Shown here piece after piece: positions 49,194 through 59,199 of a stretch of DNA of 64,000 bases. The DNA is from an uncultured Hyphomicrobiales bacterium (GTDB taxonomy: Bacteria > Bacteroidota > Ignavibacteria > Kapaibacteriales > UBA2268), in NCBI GenBank assembly GCA_964645005.1, contig CAZXYS010000010.1, positions 10,709-74,708 of the forward strand, given 5' to 3'. The translations under genes were made by a program, and so were the position numbers. Every line of letters begins with the position of its first letter. Positions within the stretch are counted from its first letter, which is position 1. Below the pieces are notes generated by a model. The model did not search any database. It was not told the origin of the DNA and worked only from the letters and a program-made list of their open reading frames with translations.

Positions 49194-50225
49194 CTAATAT
49201 TTTTTAACTGTATCAAATATTTTTTCTATAGTGTTAAAAAACTCTTTTTTGCCTTCAGTAATTTTAAGGGAAAAAGGAAAAACAAAGCATTTCAAGTTGT
49301 TTTCCTCGAAGAATTCTCTATATTTGATCAATTTGGAGGCGTCCTTCTCGGTAGTGCCAATATTGGCATATCCGTTTTTTGCCTGCTCATCTTTAATTTT
49401 TTTCAGATCTTTTAGTTTATAATCGTGATGATCCGGGAAAACATAGTGATTAATAATATTATAATTGAGGGAGTTAAGCATATTTTCGAAGCGTTCCGGC
49501 TTTGCTATACCGGATACAGCCACAAGAGATTCCTTTAATTCATTTATTTTGGAGAAGTTCAATATCTCGCCAGTCAGAATATCATATGGTTTAGAGGGTT
49601 TTCCTGTTGTTCTGATGAAAAGTTGTTCCGGTCTGGTATTTTTAATAAATTTATCATCCATTTGCAAATCGCCCATAAGACAGATAACATCAGCCCTTTT
49701 AATATTCTCTAAAGGTTCTCGTAATCTTCCCTTAGGAATTAATTCAGGATGATTGATTGTTTCCTGATCGATCAAAAGTATATCCAGATCGCGGAATAAC
49801 TGTCGATGTTGGAAGCCGTCATCAAGAATAATCAAATCGATATCGAAGTTCTTTTCGGCGGAAAGTGCGCCCTGTGTTTTGTCTTCGTGAGCAATAACCG
49901 GTACATCGAGTTTATTAGCCAGCAGATACATTTCATCACCTGATGTATCGGCGTTAGCAAGGACTTGTTTGCCGTCAGATACTATTACTTCGCCTTTTGT
50001 CTTTTTCTTATAACCTCTGCCGACTATTGCAGGGTTATGTCCCCTTTTCTTCAATATCCTTACAAGCATTTCTACGAATGGCGTTTTACCTGTTCCGCCT
50101 ACTGATAGATTTCCCACACTGATAACAGGTATTGCGCAATGGGCAAGTGAATTTGAACTACTGTCATATCTTTTATTACGTCTTTTTACTGCCGAACCAT
50201 AAATCTTTGATAAAATTCCCAGCAT
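49194..50225 (-). CDS. lpxK: Tetraacyldisaccharide 4'-kinase
   Basis: SVGNLSVGGTGKTP, GDE, LDDGFQH, LRE, FPDHH, TTEKD. Confidence 0.95.
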   Translation of the reverse strand: MLGILSKIYGSAVKRRNKRYDSSSNSLAHCAIPVISVGNLSVGGTGKTPFVEMLVRILKKRGHNPAIVGRGYKKKTKGEVIVSDGKQVLANADTSGDEMYLLANKLDVPVIAHEDKTQGALSAEKNFDIDLIILDDGFQHRQLFRDLDILLIDQETINHPELIPKGRLREPLENIKRADVICLMGDLQMDDKFIKNTRPEQLFIRTTGKPSKPYDILTGEILNFSKINELKESLVAVSGIAKPERFENMLNSLNYNIINHYVFPDHHDYKLKDLKKIKDEQAKNGYANIGTTEKDASKLIKYREFFEENNLKCFVFPFSLKITEGKKEFFNTIEKIFDTVKKY

Positions 50226-50234
50226 AATTTTCCC

Positions 50235-50846
50235 TTATTTTTGCTCTGTCCTTAACTCATTTGTTTTTAAAAGTTCATTCTCACAATATACAATATAAGA
50301 ATTTATTTGTTCTCTATCAGAATTTTCACTTATAAAAATTGGCTCGGAAAAATGCAAATTTATTATCGAGAAGGGGGGAGGCAGTATAAAATTATCCCAG
50401 CTTTTTCTGAAAACCCATCTTGAGCCTGCTTTTACATTGCATAAATAGATAGGGACGCCCGTTCTTTGGGAAGCAACTACCGCCCCAGCTTTAAATTTTT
50501 TTGCAGGACCTCGGGGACCGTCCGGCGTTATTAAAACCAGTTTCTCCTTAGCTGCAGCCTGAATTTCCTGCAGTGTTTCGTCTCCTTTTTTCGACGATGA
50601 GCCGCGGATTAGTTTGTATCCCCATATTTTAAGCAGTTGTGAGAGGATTTCTCCATCTTTGCTCAAACTTACTACACCCACCGGCTCATTCCCTTTGAAA
50701 AAGCGCCACACCGGCAGCATCGAGCCATGCCAGAAAGCTACAATTCCCGGCTTTTCGGGAATGTTTCCATCCACTTTTATTCGCCATGTTTTGGATATTA
50801 GGTTAAGCAGCTTAATTGCCGCTTTATGTTTGAATTTAAGTGCCAT
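50235..50846 (-). CDS. DUF374 lysophospholipid/lipid A acyltransferase family protein
   Basis: AFWH, SLSKDGE, RGSSSK, ITPDGPRGP, SWD; located between lpxB and lpxK. Confidence 0.85.
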   Translation of the reverse strand: MALKFKHKAAIKLLNLISKTWRIKVDGNIPEKPGIVAFWHGSMLPVWRFFKGNEPVGVVSLSKDGEILSQLLKIWGYKLIRGSSSKKGDETLQEIQAAAKEKLVLITPDGPRGPAKKFKAGAVVASQRTGVPIYLCNVKAGSRWVFRKSWDNFILPPPFSIINLHFSEPIFISENSDREQINSYIVYCENELLKTNELRTEQK

Positions 50847-50873
50847 AATTTTTTGAACCCCCCCTTTTGATTT

Positions 50874-51034
50874 CCCTTCCTTAGCAAGGAGGGGATAAAC
50901 TGATTAAACTATATATTATCCCACTTAAGCAAGCAGGCGGTAAACCGAGATTATTTTTTCCACTCCTTATCAAGCGAAACATAGATTCACATTGTAATTC
51001 CCCTCCTTAATAAGGAGGGGACATAAGGGGTGGT
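50874..51034. repeat. Cluster of CCCCTCCTT..AAGGAGGGG REP-like palindromes
   Basis: Copies at 50874-50894 and 51000-51034 with degenerate copies in between. Confidence 0.75.
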
Positions 51035-52164
51035 TAAACAATTTTCAAATACACAAAAATCTCTTTCGCCGCCCTTTCAGAAGCGCCTTTATTTCCGATG
51101 ATTTCCTTTATTTGTTTGAAATTATTCTGCAATGATTCGAAATTTTCTTTATTCTCTGATATTTCGATAATTTCTTTTGCTATTTTCTGCGGATCGATCT
51201 CATTCTGGACATATTCGCTGATTATCTCTTCCCCCGCAAGTATATTAACCATAGAGACGTATGGCAGATTTATAAGATTTTTGCCGATTATATAATTAAA
51301 AAATGAAGCGCGGTATATCATAACAAAAGGCATTCCGCAGAGCGCCGCTTCGAGAGTGCTGGTGCCTGTCTTGACAATGCCGGCGCGGCTGTTTCTCATT
51401 AGCTGGCGGACGTCGGTTGAGATCTGCCATCCGGGATTTTCTTCCTCAATCACATCGTAATTTCTCTTATCCATAAATGGAGAAGCTGCGAGACTAAAAT
51501 CTATGTTACTATTATGTTTTCCAATAGCTTGAGAGACCTCTCTCATTATAGGAATATGTCTTTTTAATTCCTGTTTACGGCTGCCGGGCAGAAGAGCGAT
51601 AGTATTGCTGCGCTCTTCGAAAGCAGGGAATTTATCGGGGATAGTCTCATCATCCATAATCGGATGCCCGATAAATGCAGTACTCAAGCCGTAATTCTCA
51701 AAATATTCCTTCTCAAATGGAAATACCACCAGCAGTTTATCGACAGTATCGACAAGCTTCTTAGCGCGGTTTTTTCCCCATGCCCAGAGCTGGGGGGCGA
51801 TATAGTAAATAACCGGCACGCCGTATTTCTTCGCTTTGTTCGCAAGTCGAATGTTGAAACCGGGATAATCTACAGGGATAAAAGCTGAAGGTTTTTCTTT
51901 CTCAATGACTTCGACACAATCGTTAAAAACCTGCCTGAGCAGGCTGTAATTTTTGGCGACTTCCCAAAAGCCGACTATCGAGATCTTTTCCATCGGTATG
52001 ATCGACTTAAGTCCCTCATTTTCCATATTCCTGCCGCCGATACCGACGAAAGAAACATCCGGCTGGATTTCCTTCATCTTTTTCATCAGTCGAGCAGCAT
52101 GGATGTCGCCGGACGGATCGCCGGCAACTATGAGGAATTTTATTTTGTTATCATTATTTTCCAA
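51034..52164 (-). CDS. lpxB: Lipid-A-disaccharide synthase
   Basis: AGDPSGD, VDYPGFN, YIAPQLWAWG, LLPGSR, GTSTLE. Confidence 0.95.
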   Translation of the reverse strand: MENNDNKIKFLIVAGDPSGDIHAARLMKKMKEIQPDVSFVGIGGRNMENEGLKSIIPMEKISIVGFWEVAKNYSLLRQVFNDCVEVIEKEKPSAFIPVDYPGFNIRLANKAKKYGVPVIYYIAPQLWAWGKNRAKKLVDTVDKLLVVFPFEKEYFENYGLSTAFIGHPIMDDETIPDKFPAFEERSNTIALLPGSRKQELKRHIPIMREVSQAIGKHNSNIDFSLAASPFMDKRNYDVIEEENPGWQISTDVRQLMRNSRAGIVKTGTSTLEAALCGMPFVMIYRASFFNYIIGKNLINLPYVSMVNILAGEEIISEYVQNEIDPQKIAKEIIEISENKENFESLQNNFKQIKEIIGNKGASERAAKEIFVYLKIV

Positions 52165-52203
52165 TGATTCGGTCTTTTTTTATTTGTTTTCATAAATACT
52201 GAC

Positions 52204-52333
52204 AGACGCTGGAGCGTCTTGTATTGCGTCCAAAAGACGCTAGAGCGTCTTGTATTTCGTTCCAACGCTAGAGCGTAGGAACGAGTGAATAGCGTCTTGT
52301 ATTTCGTTCCAACGATAGAGCATTGGAACGAGG
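52204..52333. repeat. REP-like array of ACGCT(G/A)GAGCGT palindromes
   Basis: GACGCTGGAGCGTC, GACGCTAGAGCGTC, TCGTTCCAACGCTAGAGCGTAGGAACGA and one degenerate copy. Confidence 0.75.
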
Positions 52334-52347
52334 GGAGAGTTCTTTTT

Positions 52348-52381
52348 CCCCTCCTTAATAAGGAGGGGATTAAGGGGTGGT
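52348..52381. repeat. CCCCTCCTTAATAAGGAGGGG REP-like palindrome
   Basis: Core identical to the 51000-51020 copy. Confidence 0.8.
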
Positions 52382-52408
52382 TAATAGACTTAAGAAATAC
52401 CATCGCTG

Positions 52409-52894
52409 CTAATCCTTCGTAAATCTGTCATCGGACAACTTATGCCTGAAATCCTGCGCTTTATTCTTCAGCCAGCCTCGTGAAGCGTCCTCGAAGCTGT
52501 CCAGTTCCGGGACGTATGGTTTTATGTCCAGCAGGGGCGTTCCGTCGAGTTGATCCGGTCTTTCGAAATATACGATATTATCTTCAACCCTGATAAGTTT
52601 GACTATTGATAAGCCTATGGGATTTGGTCGTTTAGGCGATCTAATCGAGAAAACGCCGCGCGGCGTCTCACTCATAAAAGGCTTTTGGATCAATATACAT
52701 CCGCTGCTTTCATGGAAATAATAGATCAGAATGATATGTGAGAATCTCTCGATATCCTTCAGTCCGTCCTTCATTTCGGGATTGAGTTCTATCCTGCCTT
52801 CCATGCCTTCTGCGCCGAGAGGCTGGATTGGCATACCTTCCTGCGATTTGTGCGGTGTTCTTATGATTCCTACGGGCTCAAGTTCAATTTTCAT
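52409..52894 (-). CDS. tsaA: tRNA (N6-threonylcarbamoyladenosine(37)-N6)-methyltransferase TsaA/TrmO
   Basis: GVFSIRSPKRPNPIGLS, DGTPLLDIKPY. Confidence 0.92.
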   Translation of the reverse strand: MKIELEPVGIIRTPHKSQEGMPIQPLGAEGMEGRIELNPEMKDGLKDIERFSHIILIYYFHESSGCILIQKPFMSETPRGVFSIRSPKRPNPIGLSIVKLIRVEDNIVYFERPDQLDGTPLLDIKPYVPELDSFEDASRGWLKNKAQDFRHKLSDDRFTKD

Positions 52895-52974
52895 AATAAT
52901 TTGATTTTTAATACTTTACTAACAATGTGGAAAACTATTTTGAAATTCATATTATTACAATCTGTCAAAATTAT

Positions 52975-52982
52975 TAAATTTG
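52975..52982 (+). promoter_or_regulatory. TAnnTTTG -7 promoter element for dnaE
   Basis: TAAATTTG ~70 nt upstream of the dnaE start. Confidence 0.5.
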
Positions 52983-53052
52983 CGAATATTAATATTATCT
53001 TTACAAAAATAACTTAAAAGCTTCTATACAAAAAATGAATTAAGGATAAATC

Positions 53053-56000
53053 ATGCCTGAATTTATACATTTACATAATCATACTCATTATTCGCTGCTG
53101 GATGCGGTTCCGACGGTCAAAGAACTCATAACAGCAGCCAAAGATGACGATCAGAAAGCAATCGCGCTGACCGATCACGGCGTCATGTTCGGCTGCTATG
53201 AATTCTACCTGACTGCTAAAAAGGAAGGGATTAAACCTATCATTGGAATGGAAGCCTACATGGCGAACGGCAGCCGTTTCGACAAAACTGCCGGAAAGAA
53301 CAGAAATGACAAATCAAAGCCCAAGAAGAAGAACTACTTTCACCTGTTGCTGCTGGCAAAGAATATAACCGGCTATAAAAATTTGATGAAGCTGACAACG
53401 CTCGCCCACACCGAGGGCTTTTACTATAAACCGCGAATTGACAAGGAATTGCTGGAAAAATACTCTGAGGGACTTGTCTGTTCTTCCGCCTGCATCACCG
53501 GCGTACTGAATGCGCATATTGTAAGAGGCGATTACGACAGAGCCATGGAAGAAGCGAAATATTACAAGGATCTCTTTGGCGGCGATTTCTACGTTGAAAT
53601 CCAAAATCACGGACTGAAAGAAGACGAAGCTATCCTTGCGCAGGCGCCCCGCATAGCAAAGGAACTGGACATAAAGCTTGTCTGCACCAATGATATTCAT
53701 TATATCAAGCAGGATCATGCGGTTGCCCACAATGTGCTGCTAAATATCCGCGATGTCACTTCAGCAACCGCCGGACAGATAGATGTAAGGGATCTGCGAT
53801 ACCGCACCCCGCAGATGTTCTATAAATCTGCTCAGCAGATGCACGATCTTTTCAAGGATTATCCGGAGGCGATAGAATCCACCCTTGAAATTGCGGATAA
53901 ATGCAATGTCGAGTTCAGCGGTGAGATGCACATGCCTCAATTTAATATCCCAAAAGATTCACACTCCGAGACTCTGGCTGACTATCTCAGGGAACTGACC
54001 TATAAAGGACTTGAAGAGAAATTCGGCGAAATAACTGATGAATACAGGCAGCGCGCCGACCTCGAACTGAAGATCATTGAAGAGATGGACTTTCCCGGCT
54101 ATTTTCTTATTGTCTGGGATTTCATCCGCGCAGCAAAGGAACTCGATGTCCGCGTAGGTCCGGGCAGAGGTTCGGCGGCTGGCAGCCTTGTCGCCTATGC
54201 GCTGGAAATTACGAATATCGATCCGCTTCAATACGACCTGCTTTTCGAACGCTTCCTGAATCCCGCGCGTGTGAATATGCCTGATATAGACATTGACTTC
54301 CAGGATGACAAGAGGGAAAAAGTTATCAATTACGTTAAGGATGTTTACGGCGAGGAAGCTGTGGCGCAGATCATAACTTTCGGTACACTGTCCACTCGGG
54401 CGGCATTGAAGGATGTAGGGCGTGTGCTTGGCATTGACCATAATAAGATCAATGATATTAATAAAAATATCCCTGTAGTTCAGGGCAGGGTTACGCCGTT
54501 GAAAGATGCCATAGAACTGCCCGAACTGAAATGGCTGAAAGAAAGCAGCGATACCAAAGAGAAAGATTTGATTGAATTCGCTAAAGTGCTGGAAGGTAAG
54601 ATCCGCAACGCTTCCACTCATGCCGCGGGCGTGGTCATAGCTCCCGGCGATTTGACGGACTACGTACCGCTGTATAAGCCGTCTAAATCGAAGGATCAGA
54701 GCGTCAAGATAGCTACCCAGTATTCCATGAACGAACTGGATAAAGCCGGTTTGCTTAAAATGGATTTCCTTGGTTTGAGAACCCTTACTATAATAGACAA
54801 TGCTCTGGAAATGATAAAACATAATCATGATAAAGACATAAACATTGATGAAATTGAATTTAATGATAGAAAGACTTATGACCTGCTCGGAGCGGGAAAT
54901 ACTCTCGGCGTGTTCCAGTTTGAATCCGGCGGGATGCAGGACTATCTCTGCCAGCTCAAGCCTCAGAATCTTGAGGAAATTGCGGCTATGAATGCACTCT
55001 ACCGACCCGGACCAATGGAAAATATCCCTAGTTATATAAAAAGAAAATTCGGAAAGGAAAAAATCGAATATCTGCATCCAATAATGAAAAAATCTCTTGA
55101 GAAAACCTACGGCATAATTGTTTACCAGGAACAGGTAATGCAGCTCGTGCAGGATATTGCCGGTTTCTCGCTTGGCGAAGCGGATAAACTCAGGCGCGCG
55201 ATGGGCAAGAAAAAATTGAAGCTTATGGCTCAACAAAAACCAAAATTTATTGCTGGCGCCAAAGAAAAAGGAATCGATAAGAAGCTTGCCGAGGAAATAT
55301 TCGAGTTGATAAATAAATTCGCATCCTATGGCTTCAATAAATCGCACTCGGTGGCTTATTCTTACGTGGCTTACCAAACGGCATGGCTGAAAGCAAACTA
55401 TCCTGCGGAATTCTTCGCCGCTAACATGACCGCTGAACTGAATTCACAGGAAAAAATAGTCGCTCTGATAGACGACGCTAAGCGCTTCGGCATAGAGGTG
55501 CTTCCGCCGGATGTGAACAAGCCTCTGCCGGACTTCCGCGCGGAAGGATATGAGATTTTCTTCAGCATGGCGGCGATAAAGAATTTCGGTGTGCCCGCCT
55601 GCGAGAGTATAGTTAAAGCTCGTGAAGAGAAGCCATTTACCTCATTTTTCGATTTTGCAGCGAGAGTTGATACACGATTGATCAATAAGCAAGCATTTGA
55701 GGCGCTGGTATGTTCCGGCGCTTTCGATTCGCTGCACCCGAACAGGGCGGCGCTGTGGGAATCTATAGAATCCGCTCTGAGCTATTCTCATTCGATAAAT
55801 CAGAACAATGCCCAAGAAGAGAGCCTCTTCGGCGAAAAATCAGATGCGGCAACCAAAGAACCGGAAATTCCGGATGTGGATGAATGGGCTGAAAATGACA
55901 GGCTTAAGTGGGAGAAAGACGTACTCAATTTCTATGTCAGCGGGCATCCGCTGAACGAATACCGTCCGTTTCTTAATTCCCTTGTGACGCTTAATTTCGG

Positions 56001-56541
56001 CGATAAGGGAAGCAATATGATTGGTCAGGAAGTGCGCGTTGCAGGCATTGTCAATCATGTCCGCAAGAAACTGGACAAGAAGAATAACACTATCGCCTTC
56101 GTCATGCTCGAAGACCTGAAAGGTAAAGCCGAATGTATCTTCTGGAGTAAGACTTATGCGAAATTCAGCAATTATTTGTACGATGACGCGGTTATCATGT
56201 GTCTCGGCAAATCCGAGATGGGTAATGATATGATCAAAGTAGTGGTGGACGAAGTCCTGTCAATTGAGGAAGCCGTCAAGAAATACGCCAGCGGCTACAA
56301 GCTCTGGATAGACATCGACAGGCATGATGCGGAAACCATCAACAACATCTATAACCGCTTCCAAAACGATAAAGCGCCATCAACCCGGATTTTGTTCAAT
56401 GTTTACAGTAAAACCAACGACTACAGGAAGATGTATCTGGCGGACAATGTGCATATACCTCTGGACAAAGAGACCGCGACCGAATTGATTAATATATTCG
56501 GGCAGAATTCCGTCGGCTTTCTGACGGGTAATAAAATGTGA
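53053..56541 (+). CDS. dnaE: DNA polymerase III subunit alpha
   Basis: HLHNHTHYSLLD, GPGRGSAAGS, MPDIDIDF, KMDFLGL, YGFNKSH; no intein. Confidence 0.98.
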   Translation: MPEFIHLHNHTHYSLLDAVPTVKELITAAKDDDQKAIALTDHGVMFGCYEFYLTAKKEGIKPIIGMEAYMANGSRFDKTAGKNRNDKSKPKKKNYFHLLLLAKNITGYKNLMKLTTLAHTEGFYYKPRIDKELLEKYSEGLVCSSACITGVLNAHIVRGDYDRAMEEAKYYKDLFGGDFYVEIQNHGLKEDEAILAQAPRIAKELDIKLVCTNDIHYIKQDHAVAHNVLLNIRDVTSATAGQIDVRDLRYRTPQMFYKSAQQMHDLFKDYPEAIESTLEIADKCNVEFSGEMHMPQFNIPKDSHSETLADYLRELTYKGLEEKFGEITDEYRQRADLELKIIEEMDFPGYFLIVWDFIRAAKELDVRVGPGRGSAAGSLVAYALEITNIDPLQYDLLFERFLNPARVNMPDIDIDFQDDKREKVINYVKDVYGEEAVAQIITFGTLSTRAALKDVGRVLGIDHNKINDINKNIPVVQGRVTPLKDAIELPELKWLKESSDTKEKDLIEFAKVLEGKIRNASTHAAGVVIAPGDLTDYVPLYKPSKSKDQSVKIATQYSMNELDKAGLLKMDFLGLRTLTIIDNALEMIKHNHDKDINIDEIEFNDRKTYDLLGAGNTLGVFQFESGGMQDYLCQLKPQNLEEIAAMNALYRPGPMENIPSYIKRKFGKEKIEYLHPIMKKSLEKTYGIIVYQEQVMQLVQDIAGFSLGEADKLRRAMGKKKLKLMAQQKPKFIAGAKEKGIDKKLAEEIFELINKFASYGFNKSHSVAYSYVAYQTAWLKANYPAEFFAANMTAELNSQEKIVALIDDAKRFGIEVLPPDVNKPLPDFRAEGYEIFFSMAAIKNFGVPACESIVKAREEKPFTSFFDFAARVDTRLINKQAFEALVCSGAFDSLHPNRAALWESIESALSYSHSINQNNAQEESLFGEKSDAATKEPEIPDVDEWAENDRLKWEKDVLNFYVSGHPLNEYRPFLNSLVTLNFGDKGSNMIGQEVRVAGIVNHVRKKLDKKNNTIAFVMLEDLKGKAECIFWSKTYAKFSNYLYDDAVIMCLGKSEMGNDMIKVVVDEVLSIEEAVKKYASGYKLWIDIDRHDAETINNIYNRFQNDKAPSTRILFNVYSKTNDYRKMYLADNVHIPLDKETATELINIFGQNSVGFLTGNKM

Positions 56542-56624
56542 GATTTAATCCAATTTTCTCAATAGCAATATGTTATATCAAACTAAAATAATTAAACTTA
56601 ATAATTTAACCATCTTTATCTTTT

Positions 56625-56658
56625 CCCCTCCTTGATAAGGAGGGGATAAAGGGGCGGT
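56625..56658. repeat. CCCCTCCTT..AAGGAGGGG REP-like palindrome
   Basis: CCCCTCCTTGATAAGGAGGGGATAAAGGGGCGGT. Confidence 0.8.
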
Positions 56659-56785
56659 TCTTCTAAGTTGTGGATATGTATAAAGTTGGTACTAAAGATT
56701 GTATTTAATGAATATACTGGTTTAACACTTATAAACCCTGTCAATCGTAAGCAAATAAAAATATTAAATTCAATAGAGCAAAGGT

Positions 56786-56965
56786 ATGTGGAAAACAATT
56801 TTATCATGGATTATTGCACTAATTGCAGCATCTATAGTACTATTGATGATTTTACAATTGATTTTCGGACTAACAGAATTTTTCTTTAAATTCATACTCT
56901 TAATTCCGTTGATAATTATTGCAATTCCAATTTATTTGATAGTTAAGAAAAAGTTCTTTTCATGA
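56786..56965 (+). CDS. Small membrane protein (59 aa), absent from the ORF track
   Basis: MWKTILSWIIALIAASIVLLMILQLIFGLTEFFFKFILLIPLIIIAIPIYLIVKKKFFS; two hydrophobic helices and a basic tail. Confidence 0.65.
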   Translation: MWKTILSWIIALIAASIVLLMILQLIFGLTEFFFKFILLIPLIIIAIPIYLIVKKKFFS

Positions 56966-57014
56966 TGAAAATTCAATGATCTTATTGGATTATCCATTTA
57001 TCAAAAGGAAATAA

Positions 57015-58328
57015 ATGAAAAAAATTCTGCTTCTCATAATATTCTTAACATTACCCGGACTGGCTCGGGCACAAAATCCTAACATGGCGAGCCAGTGGTC
57101 GATAGATCTCACGCGCTCGTTCAGCAAAGATATATTCGATCTCAACGGCGTTCCTTACCTGCAGCCAATGGTTAAAGCAGTAAATGCTACATCCAACGCA
57201 CGATTTTTCAACAGCGCTTATATCCCGGAAGATGTAGATAAACCCTATTTTAAGATCAGTTTTAACGGGATGTACGGTTTTGTCAGAGATGATATGAAAT
57301 CCTACAGTCCGAGCTTCCCTATAGAAGAATTTTCCCCAACCAAAGTTTCCCAATATGGGCAGATTGATTTTGTAAACGGTACAGTAAACATTCAAGATAC
57401 TGCCGGGTTAATAAGCTATTTGTTTAAAACTTTACTTTATGATGGTGTTCAGCAGGGGAAATTAAATCCACCCGATGAATCATCAACAATTTTAGGGGGG
57501 CAGGCGTCGAATTTTAAACTTGACAGTGCTGTTTTAGCTGATCTTGCAAAAGAACACCCTGTTTACCCATTTTTGCCTGATCACATGCAGGATTCGGTAA
57601 TAAATGTTTTAGGAGATTTACCCAATTTATTTGTATTTCCTGATGGAGCAAATATGAATTCCATCTTTGCCTATATCCCACAAATTGAAATGGGCGCACT
57701 CTGGGGAACCGAATTGCTGATAAGAGGTATTCCGCCTGTCGATCTCGGTGAGGAAATAGGCGATTTCGCTTTCTGGGGGATAGCGCTGAAACACAGCATT
57801 TCTCAGTATTTCGATGATTTCCCATTCGATCTTGCTATACAGGGTGCTTATCAGGGGACACATCTGGAGAATACAATTGGCGTCACTAATGCCGAATTGA
57901 CATCCAATGCGACATTCTGGAACGCAAATATACACGCAGGTAAGAAATTTGATAACATAATAGAAGTATATACAGGGCTTTCGTTTGAACAGATAAACAT
58001 TACTGCGGATTACAAATATTATCTACCTGTAACTCTTCAGTGGCAGTTGGGATTGGTTAAATTGGATACTGTGAGAAATGAACTTGTTGCCGATCCCGAG
58101 AACGGCTATCCTGGTGATACAAAGCCTCAGACATCGGTTGTGACACTGTCTGATTTTAATATTAAATTTATATTGGGACTCGCAAAAACTATTGGCCCAG
58201 TCACGATCTATGTAGATTATAACTATAGCGAATTCAGTATATTTAGTTTCGGTGTGCAGGCGCGCTTTAGCGGCTTATTTAATTTTGAAGGAGACAGGAG
58301 AAATTATGGTGAAAATAATCGACGGTAA
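57015..58328 (+). CDS. Secreted/outer-membrane protein (DUF6588-like), apparent stop read-through
   Basis: Signal peptide, 'PQIEMG..GTELLIR', 'WGIALKHSISQY'; barrel-like end FGVQARF followed by 19 extra residues. Confidence 0.65.
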   Translation: MKKILLLIIFLTLPGLARAQNPNMASQWSIDLTRSFSKDIFDLNGVPYLQPMVKAVNATSNARFFNSAYIPEDVDKPYFKISFNGMYGFVRDDMKSYSPSFPIEEFSPTKVSQYGQIDFVNGTVNIQDTAGLISYLFKTLLYDGVQQGKLNPPDESSTILGGQASNFKLDSAVLADLAKEHPVYPFLPDHMQDSVINVLGDLPNLFVFPDGANMNSIFAYIPQIEMGALWGTELLIRGIPPVDLGEEIGDFAFWGIALKHSISQYFDDFPFDLAIQGAYQGTHLENTIGVTNAELTSNATFWNANIHAGKKFDNIIEVYTGLSFEQINITADYKYYLPVTLQWQLGLVKLDTVRNELVADPENGYPGDTKPQTSVVTLSDFNIKFILGLAKTIGPVTIYVDYNYSEFSIFSFGVQARFSGLFNFEGDRRNYGENNRR

Positions 58329-59199
58329 AGCTATCTCAGCCCAAATCAGGGAGGAATTAAAAGTAAAAGCGGAAGAATTATACAACAATAAAGGTATAAA
58401 GCCCGGTCTGGCGCTGCTGTTGGTCGGCGAGGATCCTGCTTCACAGGTTTACGTCCGCGGTAAGGAAAGAGTCTGTGGCGAACTCGGCTATCATTCTATA
58501 GTTGAGCGCTGGTCGGAAGATGCCTCCGAGCGGCAGGTTCTCGACCAGGTCGAAAAATGGAACAATGACCCTGGTATCCATGGCATATTAGTCCAGTTAC
58601 CGCTGCCGAAGCATATAGATTCCGATAAGGTCCTGCTAAAAATTTCACCGGACAAAGACGTTGACGGCTTCCACCCGGAAAATCTGGGCAGACTGATGAC
58701 CGGTATCCCCCGCTTTGTTTCATGTACGCCTCAGGGGATCATGGAACTGCTGAAGCGTTCGGAAATTAATTTGAAAGGGAAACACGCAGTTGTAGTCGGC
58801 AGGAGCAACATTGTCGGCAAGCCCGTCGCTAATCTTTTATACCAGAAAAACAAGGACGCTAATGCAATTGTGACAATCTGCCACAGCGCCGCCGAAGACC
58901 TGAGCTGTTATACAAAACAGGCGGATGTGCTGATAGCGGCGGTCGGCTCGCCCGGTTTAATAAAAGCTGATGATGTAAAAGACGGCGTAGTCGTCATAGA
59001 TGTAGGCACAAACAGGGTGGACGATCCCACAGCCAAGAAAGGATACCGCCTGACCGGCGATGTCGATTTCGAAAATGTGAAGGAGAAGGCATCGGCTATA
59101 ACGCCTGTTCCCGGGGGCGTAGGACCTATGACAATAGCTATGCTCATGAAAAACACTTATTTATCGGCGGTGTATTCATCAAATGAGGATGACTTGTAG
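58306..59199 (+). CDS. folD: Bifunctional methylenetetrahydrofolate dehydrogenase/cyclohydrolase
   Basis: IIDGK, HGILVQLPLP, KDVDGFHP, GRSNIVGKP, TPVPGGVGPMT; AGGAG RBS before 58306. Confidence 0.96.
   Translation: MVKIIDGKAISAQIREELKVKAEELYNNKGIKPGLALLLVGEDPASQVYVRGKERVCGELGYHSIVERWSEDASERQVLDQVEKWNNDPGIHGILVQLPLPKHIDSDKVLLKISPDKDVDGFHPENLGRLMTGIPRFVSCTPQGIMELLKRSEINLKGKHAVVVGRSNIVGKPVANLLYQKNKDANAIVTICHSAAEDLSCYTKQADVLIAAVGSPGLIKADDVKDGVVVIDVGTNRVDDPTAKKGYRLTGDVDFENVKEKASAITPVPGGVGPMTIAMLMKNTYLSAVYSSNEDDL

Noticed and set aside
52204..52333. Possible mini CRISPR array
   Set aside because: Units are self-palindromic, with no unique spacers of regular length and no cas genes.
53959..55377. 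472-aa minus-strand ORF
   Set aside because: Antisense shadow of dnaE with no motifs.
53053..56541. Intein in dnaE
   Set aside because: Normal length and no splicing motifs.
56668..56889. 73-aa track ORF
   Set aside because: The overlapping 59-aa membrane ORF in another frame is more plausible.
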